A stretch of DNA of 57,908 bases, counting the filler, from Catajapyx aquilonaris (Eukaryota), in NCBI GenBank assembly GCA_000934665.2. It is 2 parts of 2 records of this genome, joined end to end, with 100 filler letters (N's around TTAATTAATTAA, not from the genome) between each part and the next. Parts side by side here need not be neighbours in the genome. Positions count along the whole stretch, not along the records: positions 29,009 to 57,908 come from JYFJ02004850.1; 1 more part is not named here. One strand, written 5' to 3'. Made by a program: the position numbers and the translations under genes. Shown piece by piece: positions 40,994 to 56,222 of the stretch (positions are counted from its first letter, which is position 1; every line of letters starts with the position of its first letter). Below the pieces are notes generated by a model that searched no databases, had not been told where the DNA came from, and saw only the letters and a list, made by a program, of their open reading frames with translations.

Positions 40994-41804
40994 CGATGGC
41001 AATGGATGGCCGCACAATGGCCACTGGCAGCCCATACGAAATGCATGCTTGCTGCAGATAATTCTCGGCCACAGATTTGGTGAGAACATAATATGTGTTG
41101 CACTTGTGACCTCTGAGTTTGGGAAGCAGCATCTCCATTTATTTTATTTATTCTATTTATTTTATTTACTTTACCCCATTGGGAGAATCGGCACTCCATT
41201 ACGGGGGTAGAATACCACCATTGGATGGGGCCAAGGATAGGGAAGGAAGAGGCGGTTGTGGCCTATTATAAGGAAACAACCCCGGAATTGTCCTGGGGAG
41301 ACCGTGGAAAACCACAGAAAACCACGGTCAGGATCGCCGGCCCTGGGATTCAAACCCAGGACCTCCCGATTAGCAGTCGGACTCCTTAACCACCACACCA
41401 ACCTGCTTCGGTTGCAGCATCTCCATTTGTTCCCCTGGGTGCAGCTCTCCAGCAAGTCCAGCATGAGTCTTGGGGAGCAAGGGGGAGGGTAGACTGTCTC
41501 TTTGACAATTGGTTTGTCTGGGCAGTCATGGTTGCAGTAGACTGTGGAGACATACGCGAAGGCTCATAGCAAGGCTGACCAGGTGGTGCACCGGACCCAG
41601 GTTGACATATATGGGCTGCTTTCAGCAGAGGATCCGCCATTTTCACAGAGGCCCCAACGCGACGTGGAAGATGACAGAAACGCACTTCTCCAGTAGGTTC
41701 CACCATTCTTCAGATAGGCCAAGTTTGTCGCATGCCAGGTCTCCCTCCACAGCCACCACCTTTGACATGCAGTCAGGTTGCTCTCTCATGGCATGACTCA
41801 ACCC
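40994..41804 (-). pseudogene. Fatty acyl-CoA reductase (FAR) exon, frameshifted and SINE-disrupted
   Basis: Minus strand, cag acceptor to gtaag donor: MSKVVAVEGDLACDKLGLSEEWWNLLEKCVSVIFHVA../..AFAYVSTVYCNHD...ETVYPPP../..LTKSVAENYLQ...LPVAIVRPSI. These are FAR NAD_binding_4 motifs. Several frameshifts and a SINE insertion; no other FAR exons were recognised. Confidence 0.85.
41141..41411 (-). mobile_element. SINE family A copy inserted in the FAR exon
   Basis: Homolog of 217-564. 15-bp TSD GCAGCATCTCCATTT (41126-41140, 41414-41428). Confidence 0.92.
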
Positions 41805-42642
41805 CTGTGTGCAAATAGGTGAAAAAAGTAGTTTTTAAATTTGTAGATACTAAAAGTGCTGAATATAGCTTGATTTGGCATAGTGTAATATTTAAATTTA
41901 ATATCCAGTGTCTGTCATCTGAGATGGGTAGGGGTGGGGGGTGGGACGGGTTGTTTATAGTTTCATTTTCACAAGTTTTAATTTAGTTCATATGTTATTG
42001 GGTTAGCTTGTGTCTCCCTTCATCGCTGACTAGCCCTGATAGGGAAATGTCGTGATGTTGATGATGATGAACATCAATAACAATTTCAACAATAATTACT
42101 ATTTTTCAAATTTCCAAATTCCATAGAGATGTCATTGCATAGCAATACCTAGCAAATTAGATCAGGGGTTTGGCAGCATTGCATCTCCTTATTGCACGTC
42201 CCATCGCCGTACATTCAACGCATCTGCCACTTACGCCAATTGGCCACCTCATGTGAGTTCGTTTCGTATGGTCATTCCGGAATTTTGTGGGATTTGAAAG
42301 TAGACTTCAAGAGACAAATTAATACAAAAAATGCAATATTTACCAAAATTACTCACAGTGCTGAAAACAAAATTCACTACGCTATAATTGAAGCAGGTAA
42401 TCTATCACAGATAGTGACAGATTTCGGTTATAGCATAGTATATGATTGTACAGTACCCCTACCTTTACCAGCACCCCAACATACCCGGGCAACACCGGTA
42501 ACCTGCTAGTCCTACATTACCTTTAGACCTCATCACAAGTCACCTCGTGCTTCCTTTATGAAAGTGATAAGAGTCTATTTAATTTCCGGATTTGATCTAT
42601 TTTCTCAACATTATTTCTTTTTATGGGATTCGATGGGAATAA

Positions 42643-42920
42643 TAATAATTCATACCCGTTATCAGCCATCGGGTCTTTAGGGGGGAAGTTTGTTTTGCCT
42701 GGAACTCTTTGCTTTTCATTTTACTGTGCTCTTTGGGATAGGATAGGGATGGAAGGAAGCGGCTGTGGCCTATTAATTACGGAAGCAACTCCGGAATTTT
42801 CCTCGAAGGACCGTGGGAGACCACAGAAAACCACGGTCAGAGTTGCCGGCCCCGGGATTCGAACCCAGGACCTCCCGATTAGCAGTCGGACACCTTATCC
42901 ACTATGCCAACCTGCTTCGG
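42643..42920 (-). mobile_element. SINE family A copy
   Basis: Homolog of 38921-39245. 15-bp TSD ATTCGATGGGAATAA (42628-42642, 42922-42936). Confidence 0.92.
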
Positions 42921-43076
42921 TATTCGATGGGAATAAGGGCATAGGGTAATCATATTATTCGATTATGTCCATTCAGACCAGTATCTTCAACCATTATCTT
43001 CATTTTGGGCGTGGGCCCGTTTCATTATTATTATCGATTCCAATGCATAAATTACATAGTAAATTATTAGGAGCAA

Positions 43077-43680
43077 GGGAGGTGGAGTGGCGCTGCGGTA
43101 ACGTATGAGCCCACGGATGTTAAGGTCCCGGGTTCGATCCCAGCCTGGGGTTCCCCCCTTCATCTCGTGCAGAGTTGGGCCATCTCTGGCTTTGCCTCGG
43201 GTGGAATTTCCATAGACCAGTGGTTCCCAAACTGTGGGCCGCGAGGCTCCTCCAAGTGGGCCGCGAGCTTTAATTTTTTTTTAAACTATGAAATAACGAT
43301 CTTGCAAAATGAGGAGCAAGAGCACAGTACGTAAAAAAAATACATATATTCTGTAGCATGATTTTTGCAGCTCTCAATAAGGGAGGTGACGAGGTGTAAA
43401 TGGCTCATTAGGTGGGCCGCGAGATATTTTCCCTATCTGATGTGGGCCATGACCAAAAAACGTTTGGGAACCACTGCCATAGACTAATCCACCCGGGGAG
43501 TTCACAAAATGACCACACCAACGACATTGCACTGCACTTTGCACATCCCCTCCTGTCATCCTGCCCATGGGCCCGGGTGTTACGTAAAAAGGTTCCAATA
43601 AATGTACAGGTCATAATAAAGGTCTGTGCTATATACCTCTGATGAGGTCAAGCACTACCCGGATTATTATATTATTATTA
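43077..43680 (+). mobile_element. tRNA-derived SINE (head related to family C) interrupted by a hAT MITE
   Basis: GGGAGGTGGAGTGGCGCTGCGGTAACG...GGGTTCGATCCC head, (ATT)n tail and flanking repeat ATTATTAGGAG. Confidence 0.75.
43218..43476. mobile_element. hAT (Charlie/Buster-like) MITE nested in a SINE
   Basis: TIRs CAGTGGTTCCCAAAC / GTTTGGGAACCACTG and 8-bp TSD CCATAGAC (43210-43217, 43477-43484). Confidence 0.92.
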
Positions 43681-45287
43681 TTAGGAGTAGTTTAAATTAT
43701 GGAGAACTTCTTGATCTAGACATTCTACTCAGAGTTGAACAGAAAATATTCAAAAATACCCCCGTCCTATAGCTTCATTCCGAATTACACAAAAATGGTT
43801 CCTGGTTAGATTGGTCACAAGGAGGGTCGCAAAGTCTCTTTTTGCAATTACGTGAATGTCCAGGACATCAGAAGGAGTGGTCCTCCTAATAACCTGACCA
43901 AAACCTTGGAGTCCGTACTACACAATCACAATTCAGCTTTTATGTGTACAACTTCGCATTGATTTTGTTCCAGGATAATTCCACTGTAACTGACACAATA
44001 TTGGAAAAATTATTGAGGCCATATTTAAATTTATTGAAATAGTGCCTGTTAATATTTATTTATTATTTATTATGAAGCCCCTTTCGAGAGCATAACCCTT
44101 TTGGGGGGAGTGCAAGTTAATATAAAATACATTCCTGAATTCCTGCCTCCTCTCCTGGTAACATCTTTCCACATTTTAAATATTTATAAGTAATTAGTCA
44201 TTACTTTGAGACAATTTTTGATGCAAAAAAGAGACATGCTCTTTTACATGTAGTTGAAGTGAAGTGAAAGCTTGTGAGAACTCCACGTACCTGTACTTTA
44301 AAGTCATACACTAGGTTGGTGCATTATTGGAGGCTTATTTAGGGCCAGGAAGAACAGCTGCAGCAACATAGTAATATTATTTACACATACACAGTTCACG
44401 TTTTAATGAATTGTTTATATTATAGTGGTTATGCAGCAGGACACTTAGGTGGTTCTGTATAGTGTTTATACAGCAGTTTATAAACCATTCATTAAAAAGT
44501 GAACTAGCTGTGTATGTGTAAATAAATTGGGTGACAGTTAAATAATGTGAAATTTGGTACAATAAAACTGATTACATACTTCAATGTGATTATATATGCG
44601 GGCGCTAATGTAATCCCATTGTGCATAAAAATGTATTATTTTTGGCAGTTAACACGTCATAACTTTTGAAAACATGGGCCTCAGCCCGAAATGACTTCAA
44701 TTTTGATTATCATAACTGTTACCTTTCAAAAACACACACACACACACACACACATACCGTCCCTTGGATGAATAAGGTGTGGGGACGCGAAAAAGGCAAC
44801 TTTTCAAAGCTAGTGTAAACTGATCTGACCCACCCTAACCTAACCTACCTTACCCTACGTAACCTAGGCTGAGAAAAATGGACTTTTCTAAAACCCTGCA
44901 ACTGGAAATAACTGCAAAAGCACACCCACAATTTTCTTGCGGAGACAGTAAATGTCCCCGCAAGTGGGGAAAATGTCCCCACAGTTACAGTAAAAACAAC
45001 TACATCCTGTCCCACAGCTTATTGAAGACAGGTACACACTCATACAAGTTGTCCGGAGACGATAATCTTTTTATACTTCCCCGTGCTTATGGGCCTGACT
45101 GGAGGGGTTTTGAAACCAGCAAGACCAGCAAACACCAGCATACCAGCATTGCGATGGAGGCCCCACTTCCTTCGACCTCCCGCCCCGGGGGCAGGGCAGA
45201 GAAGGGGCGAGAGAGGCGACCAGCAGGGCTCACCACGTGGCTCTCCACAATACCTCATGAGCCGCCATACTTGCAAACAGAACGAAA

Positions 45288-45403
45288 CCGATTGGCCCCG
45301 ATCACCCGATTGGCCCAACCACAGGCCCAACCCTCTTCCTCACCCCCCCTGGTGACGTCCCATGACGTCAGTGGTCACGTGATGGAGGGGTATTGGGTAT
45401 AAA
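45288..45403 (+). promoter_or_regulatory. Upstream motif cluster: two inverted CCAAT boxes, CRE x2, E-box, TATA
   Basis: CCGATTGGCCC at 45288 and 45306, TGACGTC 45353, TGACGTCA 45363, CACGTG 45376, and TATAAA 45398-45403, about 30 nt before the tRNA-like gene. Confidence 0.6.
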
Positions 45404-45435
45404 GCACCTCAAAAGGAGAGGCCCCACAGGACGGT

Positions 45436-45572
45436 AGTGCGATAGCTCAGTTGGTTAGAGCGTGAGGCCTTAATTCTTCCAGCTTGTCATTGCATAGCGC
45501 TAGCTGAGCGCCCGAAGCAAGTCAGGTGGGGGGGGCCATCTCAAGTCGGCGGTTCAAATCCGTCTCGCACTA
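45436..45572 (+). tRNA. Intron-containing tRNA-like gene; best register gives anticodon TTA (ochre suppressor-like or atypical)
   Basis: Acceptor stem AGTGCGA/TCGCACT, D arm GCTC-AGTTGGTTA-GAGC, anticodon stem TGAGG/TCTCA and T arm GGCGG-TTCAAAT-CCGTC. Loop CC-TTA-A, then a 64-nt insert (45474-45537), then A. T6 terminator at 45575. C33 and the 4-nt variable loop are atypical. Confidence 0.75.
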
Positions 45573-46071
45573 CCTTTTTTATTTTTTATTTTTTTATTTA
45601 TTTTATCATTGATTTATTTTACCTATTAGTTTTTTTTTCTGTTTAGTTTTGTCCCGCTCCCGCGCCATGCCATGCCATCCCATCCGTTGTGGTGAATCCG
45701 GGTTCGAATCCCATGTGGGTCCTTTTTTCTCTCTCTCTTTCTCATTTGCGTCAAGCAGGTGCGACATGTAGGCATACTAATACTTAAGCTCCAGGTCAAC
45801 TGAAATGGGTATTCATTTATTTTCTTACTAATTTTGTTTTATAGTTTACGAACTCTTTCGGGTTTTTGTGGAGGTACAGTACAATACGCTGTACTCCACA
45901 TTATCCGTGCGTCGCCAAAAAATAAGATTAAAAAGTAAAGTCCGAAAAAATGTCAATATGACGTCTCGTAAACGAAGAAACTTTTAGCAGACTGTTTATA
46001 GGAGAGAAACTGAAAATCTATTGGTAATATTTTTCATTATTTTGATTAAACTATACTGTATAGTGTATACA

Positions 46072-46119
46072 GAAGAAGAAGAAGAAGAAGAAGAAGATGA
46101 TGATGAAGATGATGATGAA

Positions 46120-46169
<50 letters not shown>
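46072..46169. repeat. (GAA)n(GAT)n microsatellite
   Basis: Seen directly in the sequence. Confidence 0.95.
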
Positions 46170-46170
<1 letters not shown>

Positions 46171-48459
46171 AAAATTCATTGTTGAAATCTATGCTACGGT
46201 CTTACTTAAGGGCTACCCCATTGTCACCTCACCTCGGGTCGTAGACTAATCACATTTCCGAAATAGGGGGGGGGGGGGGGGGGNGGGGGGGGGAAACTCC
46301 GGCCGTGGACATTGCAATTGAAAAGAAAACCCAGTAGCCTATTCAACAGGTTAAGACGTCATAATAACTTTTGCAAAATTAATATGGGCCTCCGCCAGAA
46401 ATATTAATTTCATTTTTGGTTGTCATATATTATTGTCCTTTATATTAGCATGTTCAGTTTCATCAAGATCCGGCACACCCGGGAAATGGCCCTTTGAGAA
46501 ACAACTGGGGCTACCCACGGTCGAGGAGTGTTTTTGTACCCTTGAATTGGCAATGTATCTCCTGGGATACAGACTGTATGTTAATTGCCAACTATTACGC
46601 TCGTAATATTAGTTTCATGAGACAACTGAGAGGCTGGTCTGATCACATGATTCATGCACTCACTGGAGCTAATTTCACGTCTCTCAAAACCATGTTACGG
46701 CAATAAAAATAAAGAAGTTTCTTAGCGGCAGCGCGGCAACCTCTTCCTTAGAGTAGATTTCTATGCCGTTGAATAATGACTTGACCAATACAATCATACT
46801 AGAACGTTTTAACAGCAGGTAGTAAAGATGCACAAACGTTTTCTGTGACTGTGGCTGCTGGTTTACGTAGACAAGTTGCAGCATGATGTCGATACTTTAA
46901 AACAGGCAAATAAGCAGTGTAAGCGCTTATGTTGCAACATCATGGGTTAAAATAAATTATTGAATAACATAGCTTAATATTGCTGGGAAATTATGGCCAA
47001 TAATAACATGCGCTGCAGTCCACCATATGTTTATAAAGAAACTGGTGTCAAAGGTTGCACAATGCAACGGATGTTCGCATCAGTGCTGCCAGCTCCCCAA
47101 TTCCGCCTTGACATTTTACCACTGTCACTGGCAATTTGCAACACCAACACGTTACACCATGGTGGTTCGGAATTAGGATCATGGTCGAAATATGGACCCC
47201 TTCCCCTATTACGTCAAATGGGTCCATCCTTTGGACCTGATGTGGTCGGGTAAATGAATCCAACCATTGACCTCAAGTGTCAGAAAGGTAGAAAGGCAAT
47301 ACCTTACACTTAAAAATTCACACCATTTCAGGTCCAGGTGCTTATTTTAAACCAAACATAAGCAACTTAACATTTTCGTTAACTATACTAGTAGAACTAT
47401 TTATGAATGATGATTAATAAGCAGCTGAGGGCAACCATTATAGACATTACAGTCAGTACACACGACTGTATACACCCAAGTGGCACATGCCAACTCAATT
47501 TGCTTGGGTTATCATCAACAAGCGACGTGGGGTTAAAATCGTGCTTATCATGAGGCAACAATAAACAAAAGACACAACAATTTGTTACTACTAGAGAATT
47601 TTATGAGTATACGCTGCTAAACTCAGTGCTGTCAGCACTGCTGAGCTCTCCCATTGGTTAATTGCTTATTGTTATTTTATTATTTTATTGCTACTTGTTT
47701 ATTTCACTTATGCAGCTGCTGAGTTTAGCAACATACTCTATGTGTGGCATGATGGCACAGTGATTTAGGCCACAACCAGTCACAACTATCCCAACGTAAA
47801 AGACAACAAAAGGAGTGAACGGAGTCCTTTTGTTGACAGTGTTTACTCCCATTATTGTGGGACTGATTTTCCATGGAAACTTGTACAGGAGGGTGTCTCT
47901 CGTAGGCTTTTCCATGAGTTACCATTGTTGATAGTTGTTGACACCAGTCCTTTGTCTTTGTGGGATGAATAAAACCAATCGGTCCCAAACATCAATGACA
48001 CGCGTTCTCCACACACATTTGGACAGTCAGCTAACCGACCTCCCCAGGGAAATATTCCAGAACTGGTGTCCATATCGAAGATAACAACAAAATGCTCTAC
48101 CTGTGACTCGCAGCTAATCCATTAACCCCTTCGCTACCAGATAGGTCTGAACCACACAGATTTCGGCTTACGCGTACTCTGAAGATACGCACAACATACT
48201 ATTTTACAAATAATAACAGTAATGTTCTACTTACCAGTTCTGGGAAAAGGTTATGAATGTGTCTGGAACAATTTTACTTGTCTAGAAGTCCCGGAATTAA
48301 TTTCCATAAAAGGGCTATAAAAACTGGAAATTGGAGTACTGCCGAGTGCCGACCAACTGTTAGGCTGATTTAATTATGAAATGCGTGAAAATATGCCGAA
48401 TAACAACCTTGAGAACCACGCCAGAGGAATTTGCTGACATCGTCGTTCTTTGCGAGAAA

Positions 48460-48650
48460 TAAATAAATACTTATTTGCAGCTTTCTGGCACTTCGGAAAA
48501 CTTCAATTTGGGAGTTTTCCGAAGTGCCAACAAGCCGCAAATAAGTATTAATTTATTATAATAATATTAATATTAAATACATTAATACTCATTTGCGGCT
48601 TTTGACACTTCGGAAAACTCCCAAATTGGAGTTTTCCGAAGTGTCAAAAG
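48460..48650. repeat. Compound palindrome (hairpin duplicated in inverted orientation)
   Basis: CACTTCGGAAAACT...AGTTTTCCGAAGTG occurs at ~48490-48527 and again at ~48606-48643, with flanking AATACTYATTTGC / GCAAATAAGTATT arms. Confidence 0.8.
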
Positions 48651-49399
48651 TTACAAAGGTTCAAGGGAAATTTCTTCTGTCCTTTGTTTTGCTCAATAGT
48701 TCAATGGTCTCAGATCTCGTTGGCAATCAGAGGATCACTTTGTGTAGTGGTATCAATTTGTCTGAGAATCCTTGTTACTCAGATAATAAAATCCAAACCC
48801 AACATATGAAATATCCTGGTACGTATTCTTCCCTTCTTGCACCTTTGCACTTTTATATGAAAATGTTGCCATGAAAAAACTTAACGAACGCTCTTATGGG
48901 ATGTGTCAGGCAATAGAAGTGTCCTGGCCTGTATCCGTAATGTAGAACATGGTATTATGCATTCATTTGAGTAATAATAATTTTCTCAGAGACCGTGATA
49001 ATGCTGTGTTTAAGAAAACCTCGCCTTATACCGGCATATGTCGCTTAGACCGGCATGCTGGTATAGCCACCAGATAGTGCATTTTTTTTTAACTGGTCGA
49101 CCTTGACTACACCGCCATGCCGCCTTAAGTGATGTAGCCTAATATGGCAAATAGGTGTATTTTTTGTTAATCTCAAGTACCATAATATTTTATCAAATGA
49201 AGTTGGACCTGGTCCTGAACTTGCCAATAATTTAGTGCCCACAGATGAGGATTGTATAATACAATTGGGGCTACTTTCGTATGAAATATGTACGCATTGC
49301 GACTTTTATTCTACTTATGTCCAATTCTGTTAAGACCACTTGGGACTCCGCTGAAACAGGGTCCTTCACTCTCGTCAGCATTGGTGCTTGTTGAACTTG

Positions 49400-50335
49400 G
49401 TCGATGCCGCAAACAGCACCCTAGGAATTTACAATCCTCTACCAAGCTTATTATTTCTTCTTGGATGAACAAATGATCTGACCGGATATGACCTTGCTAC
49501 GTGTCCCCCATGACAGCACACCATCATTTTGGTTTTGCTTGAGTGTATAGTTAAACCTTCTGATTAAAATAGGTCGTTACTAAACTAATACTTATTTTTG
49601 CAAATGAACGATATGGTCAGCCATTAATGCTGTCGGCCGTGAATTGAAGAAATTAATATCCTTTGTGTTTGGGCCTAAATTTACTCCCAGTGCACCTGAG
49701 TTTGACAATCTTGTCCCAAGCTCACTTAAATATTTAGGTACTGTATATTGAATAAAAGTGGTGAAAGCGGGTCGCCTTGTAGGATCCCCTTTCTTATCGG
49801 TTTTTCTGGGAGGTCCACCTCTTCAATACATATTTGTGCTTTATTGTAAATTTTCTCTATTAATTTTATCAGTTTAGGAGCTGGAATGGTCACTTTTAGT
49901 TTTTCGAATAACTGGAGGTGGGGTACCGAATCAAATGCCTTGGCGATATCTATAAATACTATGTACACCCGCGAGCATAAAGATGGAGACGGCAGGCCCT
50001 CACCTTCGGCAGGCTGCTCGGCCAATCTCAGCAATTACGGTATCAAATATACTGTCATAAATACACGAACACACGCCTGATGCAGCTAACTCAGTCCAAA
50101 AATAGTTCATTAATTTGAGTTGGATAAAGAAATGTCAAAAAAGGGCCTGCCGTCTCCATCTTTATGCTCGCGGGGGTACAGCTTACTTTTTGGTTTACTT
50201 ATATACGTGCTCATAATATTATTGTTTGCAGTGTGAATATATGATCTGTACATGATCAGCTCGGTCTAAAACCAGCCTGATCCTCTGATAGGAGGGAAGG
50301 GTTCTCTGTCCACTGTCTAATCCAATTGGTCATCA
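49400..50335 (-). mobile_element. Degenerate non-LTR retrotransposon (LINE) reverse transcriptase fragment
   Basis: Minus strand LLSEDQAGFRPS*SCTDHIFTLQ../..KLY[MITE]IVFIDIAKAFDSVPH...KGILQGDPLSPLLFNI../..SKTKMMV...CKFLG, with stops and frameshifts. Confidence 0.9.
49966..50176. mobile_element. TA-inserting MITE nested in the LINE RT remnant
   Basis: TA-CACCCGCGAGCATAAAGATGGAGACGGCAGGCCCT ... AGGGCCTGCCGTCTCCATCTTTATGCTCGCGGGGG-TA. Removing it restores KLY-IVFID. Confidence 0.88.
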
Positions 50336-50376
50336 TTATATTATTGTGTGAACAATAATAATGATGAGATGCATCC

Positions 50377-53807
<3,431 letters not shown>

Positions 53808-54544
53808 CTGCAACATTGTTATTCTTGTGTTATAAGGTACTGTACAGTATACAGTATAACACCATTTTATTTATTAATATTTACAGTATGTGTGTTCCTA
53901 TTATTGTGGTATCTGTTCTGGTTAACAGTATTTTGGAACTAAACTGCTTAATATTAAGCACCCACTTTTGAACAGCTATTTTATGATTTATGCATATCAA
54001 AAATATCATTAGCGTCTATACTGGGTTGAGAGTGAGCACTCATGCAGGCTCTGAATTTCAAGATTTTTTTAGACAATGTGAGTGACCCATTGTCAGTTGA
54101 AGTCAGTTGTTCAACCCATCATTTTTTTTGCACACTGTACTAACTTGCAGTTCTTTAACGTTGTACATTTATCAGATACGGTACGTAATATTAGCAGGTA
54201 ATATTTATAATATCTTTAAAAAATCATGAGTAACTGTTGAAATACGAAGAAATGGTATCTCGTATAAGAACAGTCTGAAAACATTGCTACTGAAATAGTC
54301 ACATCTATTGGGATGCACACTAGGCCGACTAGGGCTTGTTGAATCAACTCATTTTAAGGGGGAAATCTCTGTTTAGGTGGGATCAGGTGGGCATATTTTG
54401 AATACCTACAAGCAGAGATTTTCCTTCATTTTTTTCCATACAATCGGTACTGGCATGACAAGTAATGAACCTGCATTAAGCATTGTTATGAGTATGATTG
54501 TACTACCATTACCATCATGTTCACCCTGCATATGAATAAACTAC

Positions 54545-54890
54545 GGGGAGGTGTGGTGGCCGTGATGGTAACGTCACGGCTTGCTGAGTGAAAGGCCCCA
54601 GGTTCGATCCCCGCCTGGGGAACTTTCCTTTCACCTGCGTCAGGAGGGTCTCTGACCTGCACCAAGGAGGTGTCTGGCAACCTAACCTCCTGGGGAACAG
54701 CACATGACCCCTTTACCGACATTGCACTTGCACCAATGTTCCCTCCCCAAAAATCCCTATCCCTACCCTACATCCTTGACTCCTTGCACCGGTGAATGAA
54801 GAAAAGAATAACATACAGAGAAAACTGATGCTGGTGTGCCACCCCCCTAAAAAGGTTCTGCCTTATCACGGGGTAACATAAAAAATATAA

Positions 54891-54947
<57 letters not shown>
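54545..54947 (+). mobile_element. tRNA-derived SINE, family C, (AAT)n tail
   Basis: GGGGAGGTGTGGTGGCCGTGATGG...AGGTTCGATCCCC head. TSD AATAAACTAC (54535-54544, 54948-54957). Confidence 0.88.
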
Positions 54948-54953
<6 letters not shown>

Positions 54954-55280
54954 CTACAATCATATGAAGTATGCTGCTAGCATTGTCATTTACCACAATT
55001 GTATTGCGGTATATATTGTATTAAATGTATTATTGTATTATGTATTGTTATGTATTATTGTGTCCTTGTTGGTGGACGTCACCTGGGACACTGCCGAAGT
55101 CAACATCCCAGCATAGCCTGTCCTGTCGGCGATCTGTTGTAGCCCCCCCCCNATTATCTGCGAGTACCTGACCAGGCTTCAGATGCTTTTTTTTTTTGTA
55201 TATATGTATTTGGTCATGCGAGGATATTTCGGACCTCCTCCTTAATATTCGCTGGCAACCCATATCTGTTGGGAAACGCC

Positions 55281-55307
55281 ATGAAGATGATGATGATGAT
55301 GATGATA

Positions 55308-55361
<54 letters not shown>

Positions 55362-55495
55362 TATTATTGTATTATTGTATTATGTATTATTGTATTCTGT
55401 GTTATTGTATTATGTATTGTTATGTATTATTGTATTATGTATTGTTATGTATTATTGTGTACTGTTATGTATTATTGTATTATTATCATTATCAT
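55281..55495. repeat. (GAT)n microsatellite followed by a degenerate TGTATTA(T)-type simple repeat
   Basis: Seen directly. It explains the poly-D, poly-M and YYC-rich ORFs. Confidence 0.95.
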
Positions 55496-56222
55496 ATGTA
55501 ACAGTATCAAATTTTCTTTGTGCATTATTGACACAAGACCAAGTAGTAATGACAACATTACTGTGTAAGGACTTGTATTACTTTTTGTTGACAAAATCCG
55601 AGTACAGATTCATCTAAAAAGTCCATGTCAAGGATTGATTTCAGCATAGCTGCATTACACAATAATTATTAGCGGAGGTTGTTACAACTAGAATATATTT
55701 TGGAAAAGTTAAACCCAGTATTTTAGCCATTGAGTTCCCAAGTTGTAAAAATTAATATTTGAAGTCATTAATTTTTCCTCTCTGATCACACACCTGACAG
55801 GACACTGGCATTTCCATATCTAGCTCTAAATATACACCTTTTTGTTATGTGTATTATACTTTGCTGGCAGGTTAATATTGCACTGTATACATATTAATTT
55901 TAAATATCACAGTTAGTAAACAAACATTCTGTGTTGGTTGCATGTACAGTGCTATAATGGCAGAATCTTTAAAAATCATGAAGTCAGCACTAATGCATGA
56001 AAACATCACACATTATTTTGTTAAATTTTAAAATGATTGGAAATCACTGTAGGTTATAACTTCCTGGCATCCAGTAAGTTATAACATCTTAGACTTCTTT
56101 TAAACTATTTTGCAACATTGTCACAATGACCGGGAAAAGATTGCAAATGTGCAATCTTCAACCAGAGATTTTTTTTCAACTCAGCCACTCTCACTAGGAT
56201 AAAAAAGAAGTCGCTTTTTCTA

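Noticed and set aside
43630..43665. CTGATGAG as a hammerhead ribozyme core at a SINE 3' end
   Set aside because: No downstream GAAA core or supporting stems.
45688..45727. Second B box (GGTTCGAATCC) plus T-run downstream of the tRNA-like gene
   Set aside because: No A box or cloverleaf; at most a tRNA/SINE remnant.
47000..48100. Exon-like minus-strand segments with Asp-box-like S-x-x-x-G-x-x-W patterns
   Set aside because: Interrupted by stops and too weak to name a family without a search.
55196..55617. Poly-D, poly-M and YYC-rich ORFs, or a CRISPR-like array
   Set aside because: Simple-sequence repeats only; no repeat-spacer structure, and the context is eukaryotic.
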